Source of the DNA: a virus
Lineage: Duplodnaviria; Caudoviricetes
DNA: 63,555 nt
IMG/VR virus record: IMGVR_UViG_3300004806_000026
Location: 1 to 63,555 of that record
Direction: 5' to 3' (one strand)
In this document: in pieces, positions 1 through 10,101 of the stretch
Numbering within the stretch: the stretch's first letter is position 1
How the letters are laid out: the number at the start of each line of letters is the position of its first letter
Made by a program: the position numbers and the translations under genes
The notes under the pieces: generated by a model
Told to the model about the DNA's origin: nothing
The model's database searches: none
The model's input: the letters and a program-made list of their open reading frames with translations, nothing else

Positions 1-42
1 TTTATACCAAGCGTTTGAAGCCAAGTTGAAGGAGCGCAACAC

Positions 43-183
43 ATGAGACTTAGCATAAAACTTTTTGAAACTCGATATGTATTGAAAATTTTTTTACAAG
101 ACGGTAGAAAGATTAAATGGTTGCCATCAATTTGTTGGGCAAAAATTGGTCGTGCCGTAGCCCTAAAGGAGAAGAACACATGA
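43..183 (+). CDS. small hypothetical protein (46 aa)
   Basis: Translated by hand (MRLSIKLFE...LKEKNT*); AAGGAG upstream; ATGA overlaps with both neighbours. Confidence 0.6.
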   Translation: MRLSIKLFETRYVLKIFLQDGRKIKWLPSICWAKIGRAVALKEKNT

Positions 184-293
184 ATGAAATATTAGATCTT
201 ATTTTATTAGTAGGTGTATTGAGCATAGGCGCAATATGGATTACTGCGGTGTTTTGTTTTATCGTGATGGTGATAGGAGGGTTTGATGACTGA
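180..293 (+). CDS. small membrane peptide (37 aa)
   Basis: Translated by hand (MNEILDLILLVGVLSIGAIWITAVFCFIVMVIGGFDD); AAGGAG RBS; one hydrophobic segment. Confidence 0.6.
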   Translation: MNEILDLILLVGVLSIGAIWITAVFCFIVMVIGGFDD

Positions 294-594
294 CGGCGGA
301 AAAGGGTCTAAACAAAGACCAACAGATCATAATAAGTTTGCAAGTAATTTTGATTTAATTTTTAGGAGTAAACCAATGGACGAAGAAACAAGAGAGTTAG
401 ATTTACAACTTGGTGATGCACTAGCAGAACTAAACTTATACAAAGATGCAATTAACGAAGCTAATGTTATATGCCAAGATGTAGATCATGGGCGATACGG
501 CGATGCGCTTGTGCACGTACAAAAATTTTATGCGAAGGTTGAAGCAATACGTCAATACAAAGCTAAGTACATTGACATGGATGGTAGATGCTAA
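286..594 (+). CDS. hypothetical protein; possible second in-frame start at 376
   Basis: ORF track; AGGAGG before 286 and AGGAG (364-368) before ATG 376. Confidence 0.65.
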   Translation: MTDGGKGSKQRPTDHNKFASNFDLIFRSKPMDEETRELDLQLGDALAELNLYKDAINEANVICQDVDHGRYGDALVHVQKFYAKVEAIRQYKAKYIDMDGRC

Positions 595-767
595 TGATAG
601 AAAAGATTAACACGTTTGAGAGTAGGCGTGGCGAAGAGCGAGGTAAGATCCGAACAATACATAGAATAATCTATCGGTGTTCGGATTGTGGAAAGATGTT
701 TAGCTCTAAAGAAGAAACGGAGACGCACGACCATAAGGACAAAGAAGATGCCAAGACCCAAAAGTGA
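594..767 (+). CDS. small C2H2-like zinc-finger protein (57 aa)
   Basis: Translated by hand: YRCSDCGKMFSSKEETETHDH; TAATG coupling to the previous stop. Confidence 0.6.
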   Translation: MIEKINTFESRRGEERGKIRTIHRIIYRCSDCGKMFSSKEETETHDHKDKEDAKTQK

Positions 768-942
768 CATAACAGATGGTGTATATGTAGGTGTACGAAT
801 GACTAAAGAACAACGAGAAATGTTTCAAGACATAGGAGGTGCAGAATGGTTAAGAAATTACCTAAACAGACAGATAAGGTCAGAGGAGATTCAACTTGGC
901 CTTTCCCCACAAAACTCCTTACTCAAGAACCAAAAAAAGTAA
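748..942 (+). CDS. small putative DNA-binding protein (ribbon-helix-helix-like)
   Basis: MPRPKS...VYVGVRMTKEQREMFQDIGGAEWLRNYL gives a beta-strand-helix-helix pattern; ATG 748 preferred over 688. Confidence 0.5.
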   Translation: MPRPKSDITDGVYVGVRMTKEQREMFQDIGGAEWLRNYLNRQIRSEEIQLGLSPQNSLLKNQKK

Positions 943-985
943 AACGTAAGAAAGTAGATACAACACAATATGAAGGGGCGTTATT

Positions 986-1216
986 TTGAATGCGGATGAT
1001 AAACAAGTTGGTGGCAACCACTATAAAGAAATGCCAGTGCAACCTTGGACAGTAATGGAAGCAGTGCTTACCCCCGAAGAATTTAGAGGGTTTTTGAAAG
1101 GCAACATCATCAAGTACTCTATGCGTGCAGGGCGCAAAGGTGCAACAGACGAAGATATAAACAAAGCATTTCACTACATTGAGAAACTTAATGAACTTAA
1201 TAACACTAGACTTTGA
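986..1216 (+). CDS. DUF3310 family phage protein
   Basis: QVGGNHY...GFLKGNIIKYSMRAGRKG...EDINKAFHY signature; TTG start. Confidence 0.8.
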   Translation: MNADDKQVGGNHYKEMPVQPWTVMEAVLTPEEFRGFLKGNIIKYSMRAGRKGATDEDINKAFHYIEKLNELNNTRL

Positions 1217-3023
1217 AACATATTATGAGAAGGCTACGTTTAGCTTAACCAAGCTGACGACCGAGGAGTATGTGCGTGACTCACGTTTTGAAGTAATTGG
1301 CGTAGCAGTCAAAGTAAACAACGAAGAAACTGAATGGGCATCTGGCCCGCGTGAGGAAATACAACAATGGTTAACATCTTTTCCATGGGATGATTCAATC
1401 TTACTGGCCCATAACACAGCGTTTGATGGTTTTATACTAAGTGAGCGTTTTGGTATTGTGCCTAAAGTCTATGCTGATACGTTATCTATGGGTAGGGCAT
1501 TGCATGGCGTTGAAGTAGGTGGCAGTCTAGGTGCGATGGCTGAACGCTATAAACTACAAGCCAAGGGTACAGAGGTTAATGAAGCCAACGGCAAGTACAG
1601 GCAAGACTTTACACCTGAACAACTTAGTAGGTACGGCGACTACTGTATCAATGACGTTGAGATTACCCATGCGCTATTTAGTCGTATGATGCACAACGGC
1701 TTTCCAAAGAAAGAACTTAAACTTATTGATCTTACTCTACGGATGTTTATTACGCCGAAATTAGAGTTAGACTTGACTCTACTTGAACAGCACTACGATG
1801 AGGTGAGAGACAAGAAGGCTAAGTTGTTACTGGATGCTGACATAACAGACTCGACACAACTTGCGTCTAATCAACAGTTTGCGGATTTACTTAGACTCTA
1901 CGGCGTTAGTCCTCCGACTAAGATAAGCGTAACCACAGGTAAAGAAACTTTAGCATTAGCTAAGAACGATGAGGCGTTTAAAGCTTTAGCGGAGCATCCC
2001 GATATACGAGTGCAGACTTTAGTTGCGGCGAGGCTAGGTACAAAGAGTACACTAGAAGAAACTAGGACAGAACGCTTTATTGGAATTGCCAAGCGTGGTT
2101 TGATGCCAGTGCCCCTGAAATATTATGCGGCGCATACTGGACGTTGGGGTGGCGGTGACAACTTAAACCTACAAAACTTACCAAGCCGAGGCGAGAACGC
2201 AGGGAAGTTAAAGAAGGCTATAAAAGCACCCGAGGGCTATGTCATCATAGACTCTGACTCCTCACAAATTGAGGCGAGAACACTTGCGTGGCTTGCCGGA
2301 CAGAACGATTTAGTTGAAGCATTTAGAAAGGGCGAAGATGTATACAAACTTATGGCATCGGCAATCTACGGTAAGAAAGCTGAAGAGATTACAAAAGAGG
2401 AGCGGTTCGTGGGTAAGACGACTATCCTTGGAGCGGGCTACGGCATGGGGTCGGAGAAATTTAAGAACCAGCTTAAAACTTTTGGTGTTGAAGTTGAGGC
2501 TGAAGAAGCAAAGCGAATTGTGCATACGTACAGAAGTACTTACCCACAAATTGTTTCTATATGGAAACAAGCTCAAGTCGCCTTACAAGCGTTAGCTAAT
2601 GGCTCTGTAATACGTTTAGGTAAAGAAGGCGTACTACAACTTGTACCGCTTGAAAAAGCTATACGACTACCAAGCGGACTCTTGATGCGCTATGACGACT
2701 TAAGAGCAACTAGGGATGAAAAAGGTGTTCAATATATGTACAAGACTCGTCGTGGATGGAATAAAATCTATGGCGGTAAAGTAATTGAGAATGTCTGCCA
2801 AGCTATTGCACGGTGTATCATTGGCGAACAAATGATTCGTATCGCTAAGAAGTATGATGTTGTGCTAACAGTCCATGATGCGATTGCTTGTCTTGCGAAA
2901 GTTGAAGAAGCTGAAGAAGCTAGGAATTATGTCGAGGAGTGTATGCGTTGGACACCCGACTGGGCTGAAGGCTTACCAGTAAATTGTGAATCCGGTTTCG
3001 GAGAATCTTATGGAGATTGTTAA
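1191..3023 (+). CDS. polA: DNA polymerase family A with 3'-5' exonuclease domain
   Basis: Exo I LDFET, Exo II HNTAFD, motif A DSSQIEAR, motif B RFVGKTTILGAGYG, motif C TVHDA. Confidence 0.95.
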   Translation: MNLITLDFETYYEKATFSLTKLTTEEYVRDSRFEVIGVAVKVNNEETEWASGPREEIQQWLTSFPWDDSILLAHNTAFDGFILSERFGIVPKVYADTLSMGRALHGVEVGGSLGAMAERYKLQAKGTEVNEANGKYRQDFTPEQLSRYGDYCINDVEITHALFSRMMHNGFPKKELKLIDLTLRMFITPKLELDLTLLEQHYDEVRDKKAKLLLDADITDSTQLASNQQFADLLRLYGVSPPTKISVTTGKETLALAKNDEAFKALAEHPDIRVQTLVAARLGTKSTLEETRTERFIGIAKRGLMPVPLKYYAAHTGRWGGGDNLNLQNLPSRGENAGKLKKAIKAPEGYVIIDSDSSQIEARTLAWLAGQNDLVEAFRKGEDVYKLMASAIYGKKAEEITKEERFVGKTTILGAGYGMGSEKFKNQLKTFGVEVEAEEAKRIVHTYRSTYPQIVSIWKQAQVALQALANGSVIRLGKEGVLQLVPLEKAIRLPSGLLMRYDDLRATRDEKGVQYMYKTRRGWNKIYGGKVIENVCQAIARCIIGEQMIRIAKKYDVVLTVHDAIACLAKVEEAEEARNYVEECMRWTPDWAEGLPVNCESGFGESYGDC

Positions 3024-3682
3024 TGATTACATGGTCGTACTCTAGCATCAAACTATTTGGGCAGTGCCCAAAGAAATATTATCACCTAAAGGTATTAAAG
3101 GATGTTGTTGAACCCCCTACACAGGCTACGGATTATGGACAGCAATTCCATGAAGCGGCTGAGTTCTATATCAAAAATGGTACTCCATTACCGGAACCAT
3201 TCAAATTCGCAAAGAATGCCTTGGATGGACTCAAATCCATGCCGGGTGAGAAGTTGTGCGAATTCGAGATGGCATTGACCGAAGGGCTAGAACCGTGCGA
3301 TTTTAACGATCCCAAACGGTGGTGGCGTGGGATAGCTGATTTGGTTATCCTAAATGGCGAAGAAGCGAGGATTTTAGACTACAAAACAGGTCGATCTGCT
3401 AAGTATGCGGACACAGGTCAGTTAGAATTGATGGCACTAGCCGTGTTTAAGCACTTCCCCCAAATCAAAAGGGTTAGGGCTGGGTTGTTGTTTGTGATTG
3501 CTAACGCTTTCATAAAAGATAGCTACGACTCTAGCAATCAGGACAAGATGTGGCTCAAGTGGATGAAGGAGATTAGCCGTCTCAAATTTGCCCATGAGAG
3601 TAATGTATGGAATCCTAGACCGAGTGGCTTGTGCAAGAAACATTGTCTTGTGTTAGATTGTTCACATAATGGAAGGAACTGA
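3023..3682 (+). CDS. PD-(D/E)xK Cas4-like exonuclease
   Basis: WSYSS...CPKKY at the N-terminus, RGIAD...LDYKTG, QLELMA, C-terminal CKKHCLVLDC cluster. Confidence 0.85.
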   Translation: MITWSYSSIKLFGQCPKKYYHLKVLKDVVEPPTQATDYGQQFHEAAEFYIKNGTPLPEPFKFAKNALDGLKSMPGEKLCEFEMALTEGLEPCDFNDPKRWWRGIADLVILNGEEARILDYKTGRSAKYADTGQLELMALAVFKHFPQIKRVRAGLLFVIANAFIKDSYDSSNQDKMWLKWMKEISRLKFAHESNVWNPRPSGLCKKHCLVLDCSHNGRN

Positions 3683-3683
3683 T

Positions 3684-4025
3684 ATGCCATACGTTAATAC
3701 ACCACGCCCTTATAAGAAGGAATACCAAGAGCAAAAAGCAAGAGGTGAAGAAGAAAGACGCATGGAGCGTCAACGTGCAAGACGTGCGATAGATAAAAAG
3801 TACCCCGACAAAAATAAGAATGGCGAGGCAGACATCAGAGAAGGTAAAGATGTAGCTCACGTCAAAGCCTTAGACAAAGGCGGTTCTAATAAGAACGGTG
3901 TATTCATCGAATCCGCAAGTGGTAACAGATCATTTAAGCGAGATTCAAAAAGTAACTTAGTTTCAGAGACCACAAAAAAAGAAAAAGGCGAAAAGAAACT
4001 AAGCAAAGTAATCAAGCTCAAATAA
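3684..4025 (+). CDS. small HNH-like protein
   Basis: KDVAHVKALDKGGSN...SGNRSF resembles the compact phage HNH motif. Confidence 0.55.
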   Translation: MPYVNTPRPYKKEYQEQKARGEEERRMERQRARRAIDKKYPDKNKNGEADIREGKDVAHVKALDKGGSNKNGVFIESASGNRSFKRDSKSNLVSETTKKEKGEKKLSKVIKLK

Positions 4026-4048
4026 GAAAAGAGCAACAGGAGAAATAA

Positions 4049-5599
4049 TTGCAAGTTATAGACAATAAGCTATTGCTTTTGAATTTAAAGAACCCGGGTA
4101 AAGTAACGACAGTAATTCCAAAGAGTAAAGTAATTCGTACACACGACACACATTCAGAGGTTGCCGTTAACTGGGGCTTAGATGAAGCACAGGTTTTAAA
4201 GAACCTACAAATAAAAAACATCCCATCACCTATCATGGGGCAGTACAACTGGCCTGGGTTGTATAAACCGTTTGATCACCAAAAAACAACGGCATCATTC
4301 CTTACCCTAAATCCAAGAGCATTTTGTTTGAACGAACAAGGCACAGGCAAAACCGGATCGGTTATATGGGCTGCCGACTACTTGATGAAGGTAGGACGTA
4401 TTAAGAGAGTATTGGTTATCTGCCCTTTGTCTATCATGGACTCGGCATGGAGGGCTGACTTATTTAAGTTTGCTATGCACAGGACGGTTGACATTGCTTA
4501 CGGTAACCGAGCCAAGAGAAAAGAAATTATCAATGGCGGTTCTGAATTTGTCATCATTAACTATGACGGTGTTGAGATCGTTGCAGAAGATATTATTAAC
4601 GGAGGCTTTGACCTAATCGTGATTGATGAGGCTAATGCCTATAAGAACGCCATGACGACTCGGTGGAAAACACTTAATCGACTTTTGAAACCAGACACTT
4701 GGCTTTGGATGATGACTGGAACACCTGCCGCCCAAAGTCCGGTCGATGCGTATGGTTTGGCTAAACTTGTTAACCCAAAGAATGTTCCCAAATTCTATAC
4801 CGCTTTTAAAGACATGGTAATGCACAAGGTAACGCAGTTTAAATGGGTTCCAAAAGCTAACGCCGACAAGGTTGTGTTTGAGGCGTTGCAACCGGCTATC
4901 CGGTTTACCAAGGCAGAATGTTTAGATTTACCTGAGATGACTTACGTCACAAGGGAGATTGAACTTAGCACGCAACAAAAGAAATACTACGAAATGCTCC
5001 GTAAACAACTTGTGGTGCAAGCATCAGGCGAACAAATTACGGCGGTCAACGCCGCTGTTGGGTTAAGTAAACTCCTGCAAATATCTTGTGGCGCAGTCTA
5101 TTCCGATACAGGAGAAACCCTAACCTTTGATATCAAGAATCGGTATAAAGTACTGCAAGAGGTAATCGACGAGACCAAGCAAAAGGTTCTTATCTTTGTG
5201 CCGTTTAAGAATACGATCAAGGTACTATCCGAAAAGCTCCATGCGGACGGTTATACCACGGACATCATTAGTGGTGACGTATCAGCAGGTAAACGAGCAG
5301 AGATATTCCATAGTTTTCAGACTACCCCTAACCCAAGAATCCTAATCATCCAACCTCAAGCGGCGGCTCATGGTGTAACCCTAACTGCGGCTGATACCGT
5401 TGTGTGGTGGGGGCCAACTCCGTCCCTTGAGATATATGCACAGGCTAACGCTCGGGTGCATAGAGCCGGACAACGCCATCCGGTTACGATTGTGAGGCTT
5501 CAAGGGTCTAATGCTGAAAGACATCTTTACAAACTATTAGATAATAGAATAGACGAAAACACAAAATTAGTTGAACTTTACAAAAATCTACTTGAATAA
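4049..5599 (+). CDS. SNF2-family (SF2) DNA helicase
   Basis: QGTGKT Walker A, DEAN, TGTP, QANARVHRAGQ motif VI; TTG start after CAACAGGAGA. Confidence 0.92.
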   Translation: MQVIDNKLLLLNLKNPGKVTTVIPKSKVIRTHDTHSEVAVNWGLDEAQVLKNLQIKNIPSPIMGQYNWPGLYKPFDHQKTTASFLTLNPRAFCLNEQGTGKTGSVIWAADYLMKVGRIKRVLVICPLSIMDSAWRADLFKFAMHRTVDIAYGNRAKRKEIINGGSEFVIINYDGVEIVAEDIINGGFDLIVIDEANAYKNAMTTRWKTLNRLLKPDTWLWMMTGTPAAQSPVDAYGLAKLVNPKNVPKFYTAFKDMVMHKVTQFKWVPKANADKVVFEALQPAIRFTKAECLDLPEMTYVTREIELSTQQKKYYEMLRKQLVVQASGEQITAVNAAVGLSKLLQISCGAVYSDTGETLTFDIKNRYKVLQEVIDETKQKVLIFVPFKNTIKVLSEKLHADGYTTDIISGDVSAGKRAEIFHSFQTTPNPRILIIQPQAAAHGVTLTAADTVVWWGPTPSLEIYAQANARVHRAGQRHPVTIVRLQGSNAERHLYKLLDNRIDENTKLVELYKNLLE

Positions 5600-5619
5600 T
5601 GTAAAATTTGCTATATAAT
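5592..5619 (+). promoter_or_regulatory. sigma70-like promoter
   Basis: TTGAAT-16 nt-TATAAT at the helicase end, upstream of 5679. Confidence 0.5.
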
Positions 5620-5678
5620 ACTAGTACGGTAGTGAGAACAAAACAAGACCATTACCTTTTTTTCAACAGGAGAACATA

Positions 5679-6074
5679 ATGACAGAAAGCGTTTCATTGG
5701 AGAAGCTGACTCAAGTTTATATTAAGATGCGAGATAAGAAAGCTGAACTTGCAAAAGAACTTGAGGAACAAATAGGTAGCATTGATGAGAAGATGAAGAC
5801 CGTTAAGACGGCTATCTTAGATCAAATGAAAGACCTAGGCGTTGAGAGTATACGAACAGATTCCGGCACGGTGTACAGGACTACCAAGACTTTATACACC
5901 ACATCGGATTGGGAATCTATGCACAAGTTTGTTCTTGAGCATGGTGTACCTGAACTATTGGAGAAACGTTTGCAACAAACCAATACTAAGGTATTTTTAG
6001 AAGAGCATCCGGACTTACTACCGCCCGGACTTAATGCTACAACAGAGTATTCCGTAACCATAAGGAGAAAATAA
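5679..6074 (+). CDS. conserved phage replication-module protein (coiled-coil N-terminus)
   Basis: ORF with AACAGGAGA RBS inside the replication cluster. Confidence 0.7.
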   Translation: MTESVSLEKLTQVYIKMRDKKAELAKELEEQIGSIDEKMKTVKTAILDQMKDLGVESIRTDSGTVYRTTKTLYTTSDWESMHKFVLEHGVPELLEKRLQQTNTKVFLEEHPDLLPPGLNATTEYSVTIRRK

Positions 6075-6337
6075 TGGACGAAAAATTTGTCCCGATAGAA
6101 GATATTGCGGAGCATTTCGCTGTATCTGTATCGACCGTCCGTGCATGGATTCGGCAAGACTTAATTCCGGCTTTGAAGATTGGCGGTGTATACCGTTTTA
6201 AGATTTCAGATGTGGAGAGGACTTTGCGTGAACTCAATGGCGGTGATTTGCCAGTAGAAGAAAAGGATGGGAGCATTAGAGTGAAGGTTGATCCTCACCA
6301 ACTTGCCCTAGATTTTAGCCCCGAAGATGATGTTTAA
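6074..6337 (+). CDS. excisionase/MerR-like helix-turn-helix DNA-binding protein
   Basis: IEDIAEHFAVSVSTVRAWIRQDLIPALKIGGVYRF. Confidence 0.85.
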   Translation: MDEKFVPIEDIAEHFAVSVSTVRAWIRQDLIPALKIGGVYRFKISDVERTLRELNGGDLPVEEKDGSIRVKVDPHQLALDFSPEDDV

Positions 6338-6349
6338 CAGGAGAAAACA

Positions 6350-7228
6350 ATGAGCGAACTATCAATATTTAAAGGTGGACTGCCAGCCTATTTAAAAAAT
6401 GCAGTTGACGATACCACTAATGCGTTAGCCGGTGGTGAACTTGGAGCACGTCGTATCTCTATCAAGGGTGGTGTATTCCGTGAGTTTATCGGTGGTAAAG
6501 AGTACCGTGTGTCTGAAGAACGTGCCATGAATGTGGTCGTCATCAAAGCCGCACCGAAAGTTTCTCGTAAGTTTTATGCAGGATCTTATGTGGAAGGTGA
6601 AGTTGTTGCGCCCGCTTGCTGGTCAACCGATGGTATGCGCCCCGATGAAGGTGTGAAAGAAAAGCAGGCTTCTACCTGCATGAGCTGTCCACAAAACATT
6701 AAGGGTTCAGGACAAGGCGATAGCCGTGCTTGCCGTTACGAGCAACGCCTTGCCGTTATTATTGATGGTGAGATTGACAAAGAAGAAGTTTATCAGTTGG
6801 TATTACCGCCTACTTCTGTGTTTGGTGATGGTGAGAAAAAGAAACTCCCACTACAAGCATACGCACGTCACTTAAAAAGCAATGGCTTGCCCATTACCGG
6901 TGTAGTTACTGAGATGCGTTTTGATACTGCAAGTCCTACACCTAAGTTAGTGTTTAGTCCTATCCGTGGTGTGACCGAGGAGGAGTACGAAGTTATTCAA
7001 CGCCTAGGCAATTCCCAAGAAGCAACCTCTGCTATTACTATGACAGTAGCGCAGACCGATGGTGTGAAGAACAAACCCAAAGTATTTACATCTCTTGACA
7101 AGCCTAAAGCTGTTGAAAAAGTAGAAGCCGAAGAAGTAGAAGAACCTAAGAAAGCAGTAACGAAAAAAGCTACTGCAACTGCTGAACCAAACCTAGCCGA
7201 TTTAGTTGGTGAGTGGGACGACGTTTAA
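6350..7228 (+). CDS. probable single-stranded DNA-binding/recombination protein
   Basis: Position in replication module, Cys cluster (CWS, CMSCPQN, ACR), acidic aromatic C-terminal tail (GEWDDV). Confidence 0.55.
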   Translation: MSELSIFKGGLPAYLKNAVDDTTNALAGGELGARRISIKGGVFREFIGGKEYRVSEERAMNVVVIKAAPKVSRKFYAGSYVEGEVVAPACWSTDGMRPDEGVKEKQASTCMSCPQNIKGSGQGDSRACRYEQRLAVIIDGEIDKEEVYQLVLPPTSVFGDGEKKKLPLQAYARHLKSNGLPITGVVTEMRFDTASPTPKLVFSPIRGVTEEEYEVIQRLGNSQEATSAITMTVAQTDGVKNKPKVFTSLDKPKAVEKVEAEEVEEPKKAVTKKATATAEPNLADLVGEWDDV

Positions 7229-7236
7229 GTTAGTTC

Positions 7237-7260
7237 AGGGGGGTAACTCCCCCTATTCTT
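7237..7260 (+). terminator. GC hairpin, possible weak terminator
   Basis: AGGGGG-GTAACT-CCCCCT followed by ATTCTT. Confidence 0.4.
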
Positions 7261-7269
7261 AGGGTTTTT

Positions 7270-10101
7270 ATGAATACGGATTTCCTACAACAAGTCCTCG
7301 GGGACGGGGGATACTATTGTATTGTTGGTCTGAAAAAAGATTCGGACAAGCCTGTACAAAAGTTCTTCGAAAAGTTAGAAGATGCGGTAGCCGTAGCACA
7401 CAACCTTAAAGACAATGGCTATGATGCGTATTACGCATTGGCTACGTTTAATGATGGCAAGTCTAGAAAAACAGCAAATGTCAAACAACTTAAGTCGTTG
7501 TTCATTGACCTTGATTGCGGCCCTGGCAAACCATACGAAACACAAGCCGAAGCTATACAGTCTTTAAAACAGTTTTGTAAAGCTACAAGATTACCCAAGC
7601 CATCCCTTGTTAATTCGGGTGGTGGCATACACGCATACTGGGCGTTGACCGAAGCTATATCAAAAGATGAGTGGCTACCCTTGGCTGAGAAGCTAAAGAG
7701 CCTATGTGACGACAATGACCTCCATGCCGATCCAGTTGTAACCGCAGATTCGGTGCGGATTCTCCGCGTGCCGGATACGCTGAATTACAAGAATGATACG
7801 CCAAGACCTGTAACTTTACTGGGTTCGGCAGCGCCGCCCATTGAGTTAACCACAGTAAAAGATCTTATAGGAGAAGTAGTCCTATCTCGCAAGCCATATA
7901 TCCCACGAGGAGAAATGGATGAGGTAACTAAAGCTATCCTAGGTAATTACACCAATAGATTTAAGACCATACTGATCAAAACTGTTAAGGGCGAAGGTTG
8001 TCAACAGTTAGCGCACATCATTAAGAATCAAGCCACAATGTCTGAGCCGATGTGGAGAGCCGGACTGTCTGTAGCTAAGTTCTGTATTGATGCAGATAAA
8101 GCCATTGAGAAAATATCTAGTGGGCATCCTGATTATTCGCCTGAGATGGCGGATAGAAAAGTTAGAGGTATCAAGGGTGGGCCTTATACCTGTGCAAAGT
8201 TTGAAGAATTTAACCCCGGTGGTTGCGAAGGTTGTCATAACAGAGGGATCATCAAGTCCCCAATCGTGTTAGGTCGAGAAGTACAAGAAGCAAACGAAGA
8301 AGATAACATTGTCGAAGATATCCCTGCCGATGCGCCCCAAGGTCATACGCAGACTTACATAATTCCTAAGTACCCTGAACCGTACTTTAGAGGTAAGAAT
8401 GGCGGTATCTTTAAACGAGTGATAAAAGAAGATGATGAGATAGATGTATTGATTTACCATAATGATTTATACGTTACAAGGAGATTAGTTGATTCGGACG
8501 TTGGAGAAGCGGTAGTCGTTCGACTACATTTGCCCCGAGATGGGGTTAGAGAATTTACAGTGCCTCTGTCAGCCGTGACATCAAAAGAGGAGATTAGAAA
8601 ACATATGGCAATGCACGGAGTTGCCGTAATGAAGATGGACGAAATAATGTCATATATAACTACATGGGTTAATCATATGCAACACGATGCGGCGGCAGAT
8701 GTTGCAAGAAGACAGTTCGGATGGACGGACAAGAAGCATGAGGCGTTTGTTGTTGGAGACAAAGAGATCAGGGCAGATAGAGTAGACCATAACCCACCAT
8801 CAAGTGCTACGGCACAACTGTTTGGTGCGTTTACAACTCAGGGTACGTTAGACGCTTGGAAAGAAGCGATGGAGTTTTACAACCGACCCGGCATGGAACT
8901 GCATCAGTTTGTAATAGGACTTAGCTTTGGTTCTATCTTTACCGATTTTACTTCAATCAACGGAGCGTTACTGCACATCTTTAGTCCGGACTCAGGTATT
9001 GGTAAGACTACGGCTATGCTTGCAGGAGCTAGTATTTGGGGCAACCCAACCAAGTTAGTTCTCAAGGAAGCTGATACTGCGGCATCTAAGATGAACCGAG
9101 CCGAGCGTTACAAAAATATTTGTTTATGGATGGACGAGGTAACTAACTCACCCGCTAAAGACTTAAGTGATTTCGTCTATCAATATACATCAGGGTCACA
9201 ACGTAACCGTATGTCAGGTAGCGCAAACGAAGAGCGCACAAGAGGTGAGATGTGGCAACAATGCGGTATCAGTACCGGCAACACAAGCATCATGGAAAAG
9301 ATCAGCGTCCTCAAGGCTATGCCTAAAGGTGAAGCTATGCGTATCTTAGAAATCCGTGCGTATCCTATGCTTGGTTTAGTAAAAACAGATACGGACGAAC
9401 TTAGTGAAAAAATCTTAAGTAATTACGGTCACGCTTATCTGCCGTTCCTGCAATATGTAATGAACGATATTAAAGGCACGGAAGAAACATACAAGCAGAC
9501 ACAACTTAAGTTAGATAAGGCTTGTGGGTTTGGCCCGGCAGATCGGTTTCATTCTGTTATTGGCGCAGGGGGTATTAGTGGTTTACTCATGGCTAAGAAG
9601 GCAGGACTTATAAACTATAACGTATCGGCAGTGGTGCAGTGGTTACTAAATGCTGTATCTAGTATCAAGGAGCAGGTAAGCGCAATGGATGTCGATGCCG
9701 AGACCACACTTACAAACTTCTTAGCTGAAAACTACAACAACATTCTTCGTATTAAAAGCACGGATGATTCTAGGATTAACAACAACTCTGGCTTAGAGCA
9801 TTTAATTATTCCCGATGCAACGCCGAGAGTAGCCATGATCGCAAGGTATGAATACGACGTTAAGATGTTATTCATTTATCCTAAGCCACTTAAAGAATGG
9901 TGTACCAAACAACAGATAAATTATCAAGGGTTTGTTGACGCACTTAAGCGGGGCCGCACTAAGGCTAAGATTGGTAAGAAGCGTATGTCCAAAGGCACAC
10001 ATATGAATCTACCTTCGGCGGATGTATTGCATATTAACTGTGAGGAGTTTTTAGATGACGTACCCGAAACAGTGGACAAAGGGGTGGCAACTGAATCCTG
10101 A
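7270..10101 (+). CDS. primase-polymerase fused to a DUF927-type helicase
   Basis: N-terminal FIDLD / SGGGIHAYW / RILRVP primase motifs, Cys cluster CAKF..GCEGC, Walker A SGIGKTT, Walker B WMDE. Confidence 0.85.
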   Translation: MNTDFLQQVLGDGGYYCIVGLKKDSDKPVQKFFEKLEDAVAVAHNLKDNGYDAYYALATFNDGKSRKTANVKQLKSLFIDLDCGPGKPYETQAEAIQSLKQFCKATRLPKPSLVNSGGGIHAYWALTEAISKDEWLPLAEKLKSLCDDNDLHADPVVTADSVRILRVPDTLNYKNDTPRPVTLLGSAAPPIELTTVKDLIGEVVLSRKPYIPRGEMDEVTKAILGNYTNRFKTILIKTVKGEGCQQLAHIIKNQATMSEPMWRAGLSVAKFCIDADKAIEKISSGHPDYSPEMADRKVRGIKGGPYTCAKFEEFNPGGCEGCHNRGIIKSPIVLGREVQEANEEDNIVEDIPADAPQGHTQTYIIPKYPEPYFRGKNGGIFKRVIKEDDEIDVLIYHNDLYVTRRLVDSDVGEAVVVRLHLPRDGVREFTVPLSAVTSKEEIRKHMAMHGVAVMKMDEIMSYITTWVNHMQHDAAADVARRQFGWTDKKHEAFVVGDKEIRADRVDHNPPSSATAQLFGAFTTQGTLDAWKEAMEFYNRPGMELHQFVIGLSFGSIFTDFTSINGALLHIFSPDSGIGKTTAMLAGASIWGNPTKLVLKEADTAASKMNRAERYKNICLWMDEVTNSPAKDLSDFVYQYTSGSQRNRMSGSANEERTRGEMWQQCGISTGNTSIMEKISVLKAMPKGEAMRILEIRAYPMLGLVKTDTDELSEKILSNYGHAYLPFLQYVMNDIKGTEETYKQTQLKLDKACGFGPADRFHSVIGAGGISGLLMAKKAGLINYNVSAVVQWLLNAVSSIKEQVSAMDVDAETTLTNFLAENYNNILRIKSTDDSRINNNSGLEHLIIPDATPRVAMIARYEYDVKMLFIYPKPLKEWCTKQQINYQGFVDALKRGRTKAKIGKKRMSKGTHMNLPSADVLHINCEEFLDDVPETVDKGVATES

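Noticed and set aside
6074-6337. Lysogeny module
   Set aside because: The excisionase-like HTH has no adjacent integrase or repressor, so it is probably a replication-linked regulator.
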